A stretch of DNA of 64,000 nucleotides from Marsupella aquatica (lineage: Eukaryota; Plantae; Marchantiophyta), in contig OZ316892.1 of NCBI GenBank assembly GCA_973895155.1, positions 18,947,357 through 19,011,356 of the forward strand. Reading direction: 5' to 3'. Below the pieces are notes generated by a model. The model was not told where the DNA came from. It worked only from the letters and a program-made list of their open reading frames with translations, and did no database searches. Shown one piece after another: positions 63,759 to 64,000 of this stretch; position 1 is the stretch's first letter; every line of letters starts with the position of its first letter. Position numbers and translations under genes: made by a program.

Positions 63759-64000
63759 CTAGCTCAATACCCGTGCGTTGCACAAAAGATGTCGTGTCGC
63801 CCAAGATGTCGTGTCCTCTAAGATGTCGTTAAGACAAAAAGATGTTGTGTCGCCCAAGATGTCGTTAAGAACAAATATGTTGTGTCGCCCAAGATGCCAT
63901 TAAGAAAAAAAGATGTGGTGTCACCCAAGATGTCGTTAAGAAAGAAAATGTAGTGTCGCCCAACTGAAGATGTCATGAAGAAAAAAAATGTTGTGTCACC
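63759..64000 (-). mobile_element. second copy of the minisatellite Helitron, 3' end; runs off the right edge
   Basis: The minus strand reads ...CATCTTTTGTGCAACGCACGGGTATTGAGCTAG|T, preceded by the same ~33-bp repeat units. Confidence 0.75.

Overview
Eukaryotic, intron-containing land-plant genomic DNA; gene styles suggest a non-seed plant such as a liverwort (inference). Host genes: the 5' part of an unidentified minus-strand gene running off the left edge, a two-exon group-3 LEA gene with a G-box/ABRE-rich promoter, an F-box/kelch pseudogene, and a 12-exon CTC1 (telomeric CST subunit) that appears to lack part of its central region. The rest is rich in transposable elements: a young Ty1/copia element with both LTRs, a VNTR inside the LTRs and one in-frame stop between gag and pol; three copies of a CRE-like RT plus restriction-like-endonuclease retrotransposon, two with exact TSDs and no poly(A) tail; a Mutator-like MITE family; mini-Helitrons; a tRNA-derived SINE; several unclassified TIR elements; and a ~76-bp tandem array. 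Unexplained signals include a possible micro-exon gene and two strongly base-paired RNA-like segments. All family assignments come from motif recognition by eye, not database searches.
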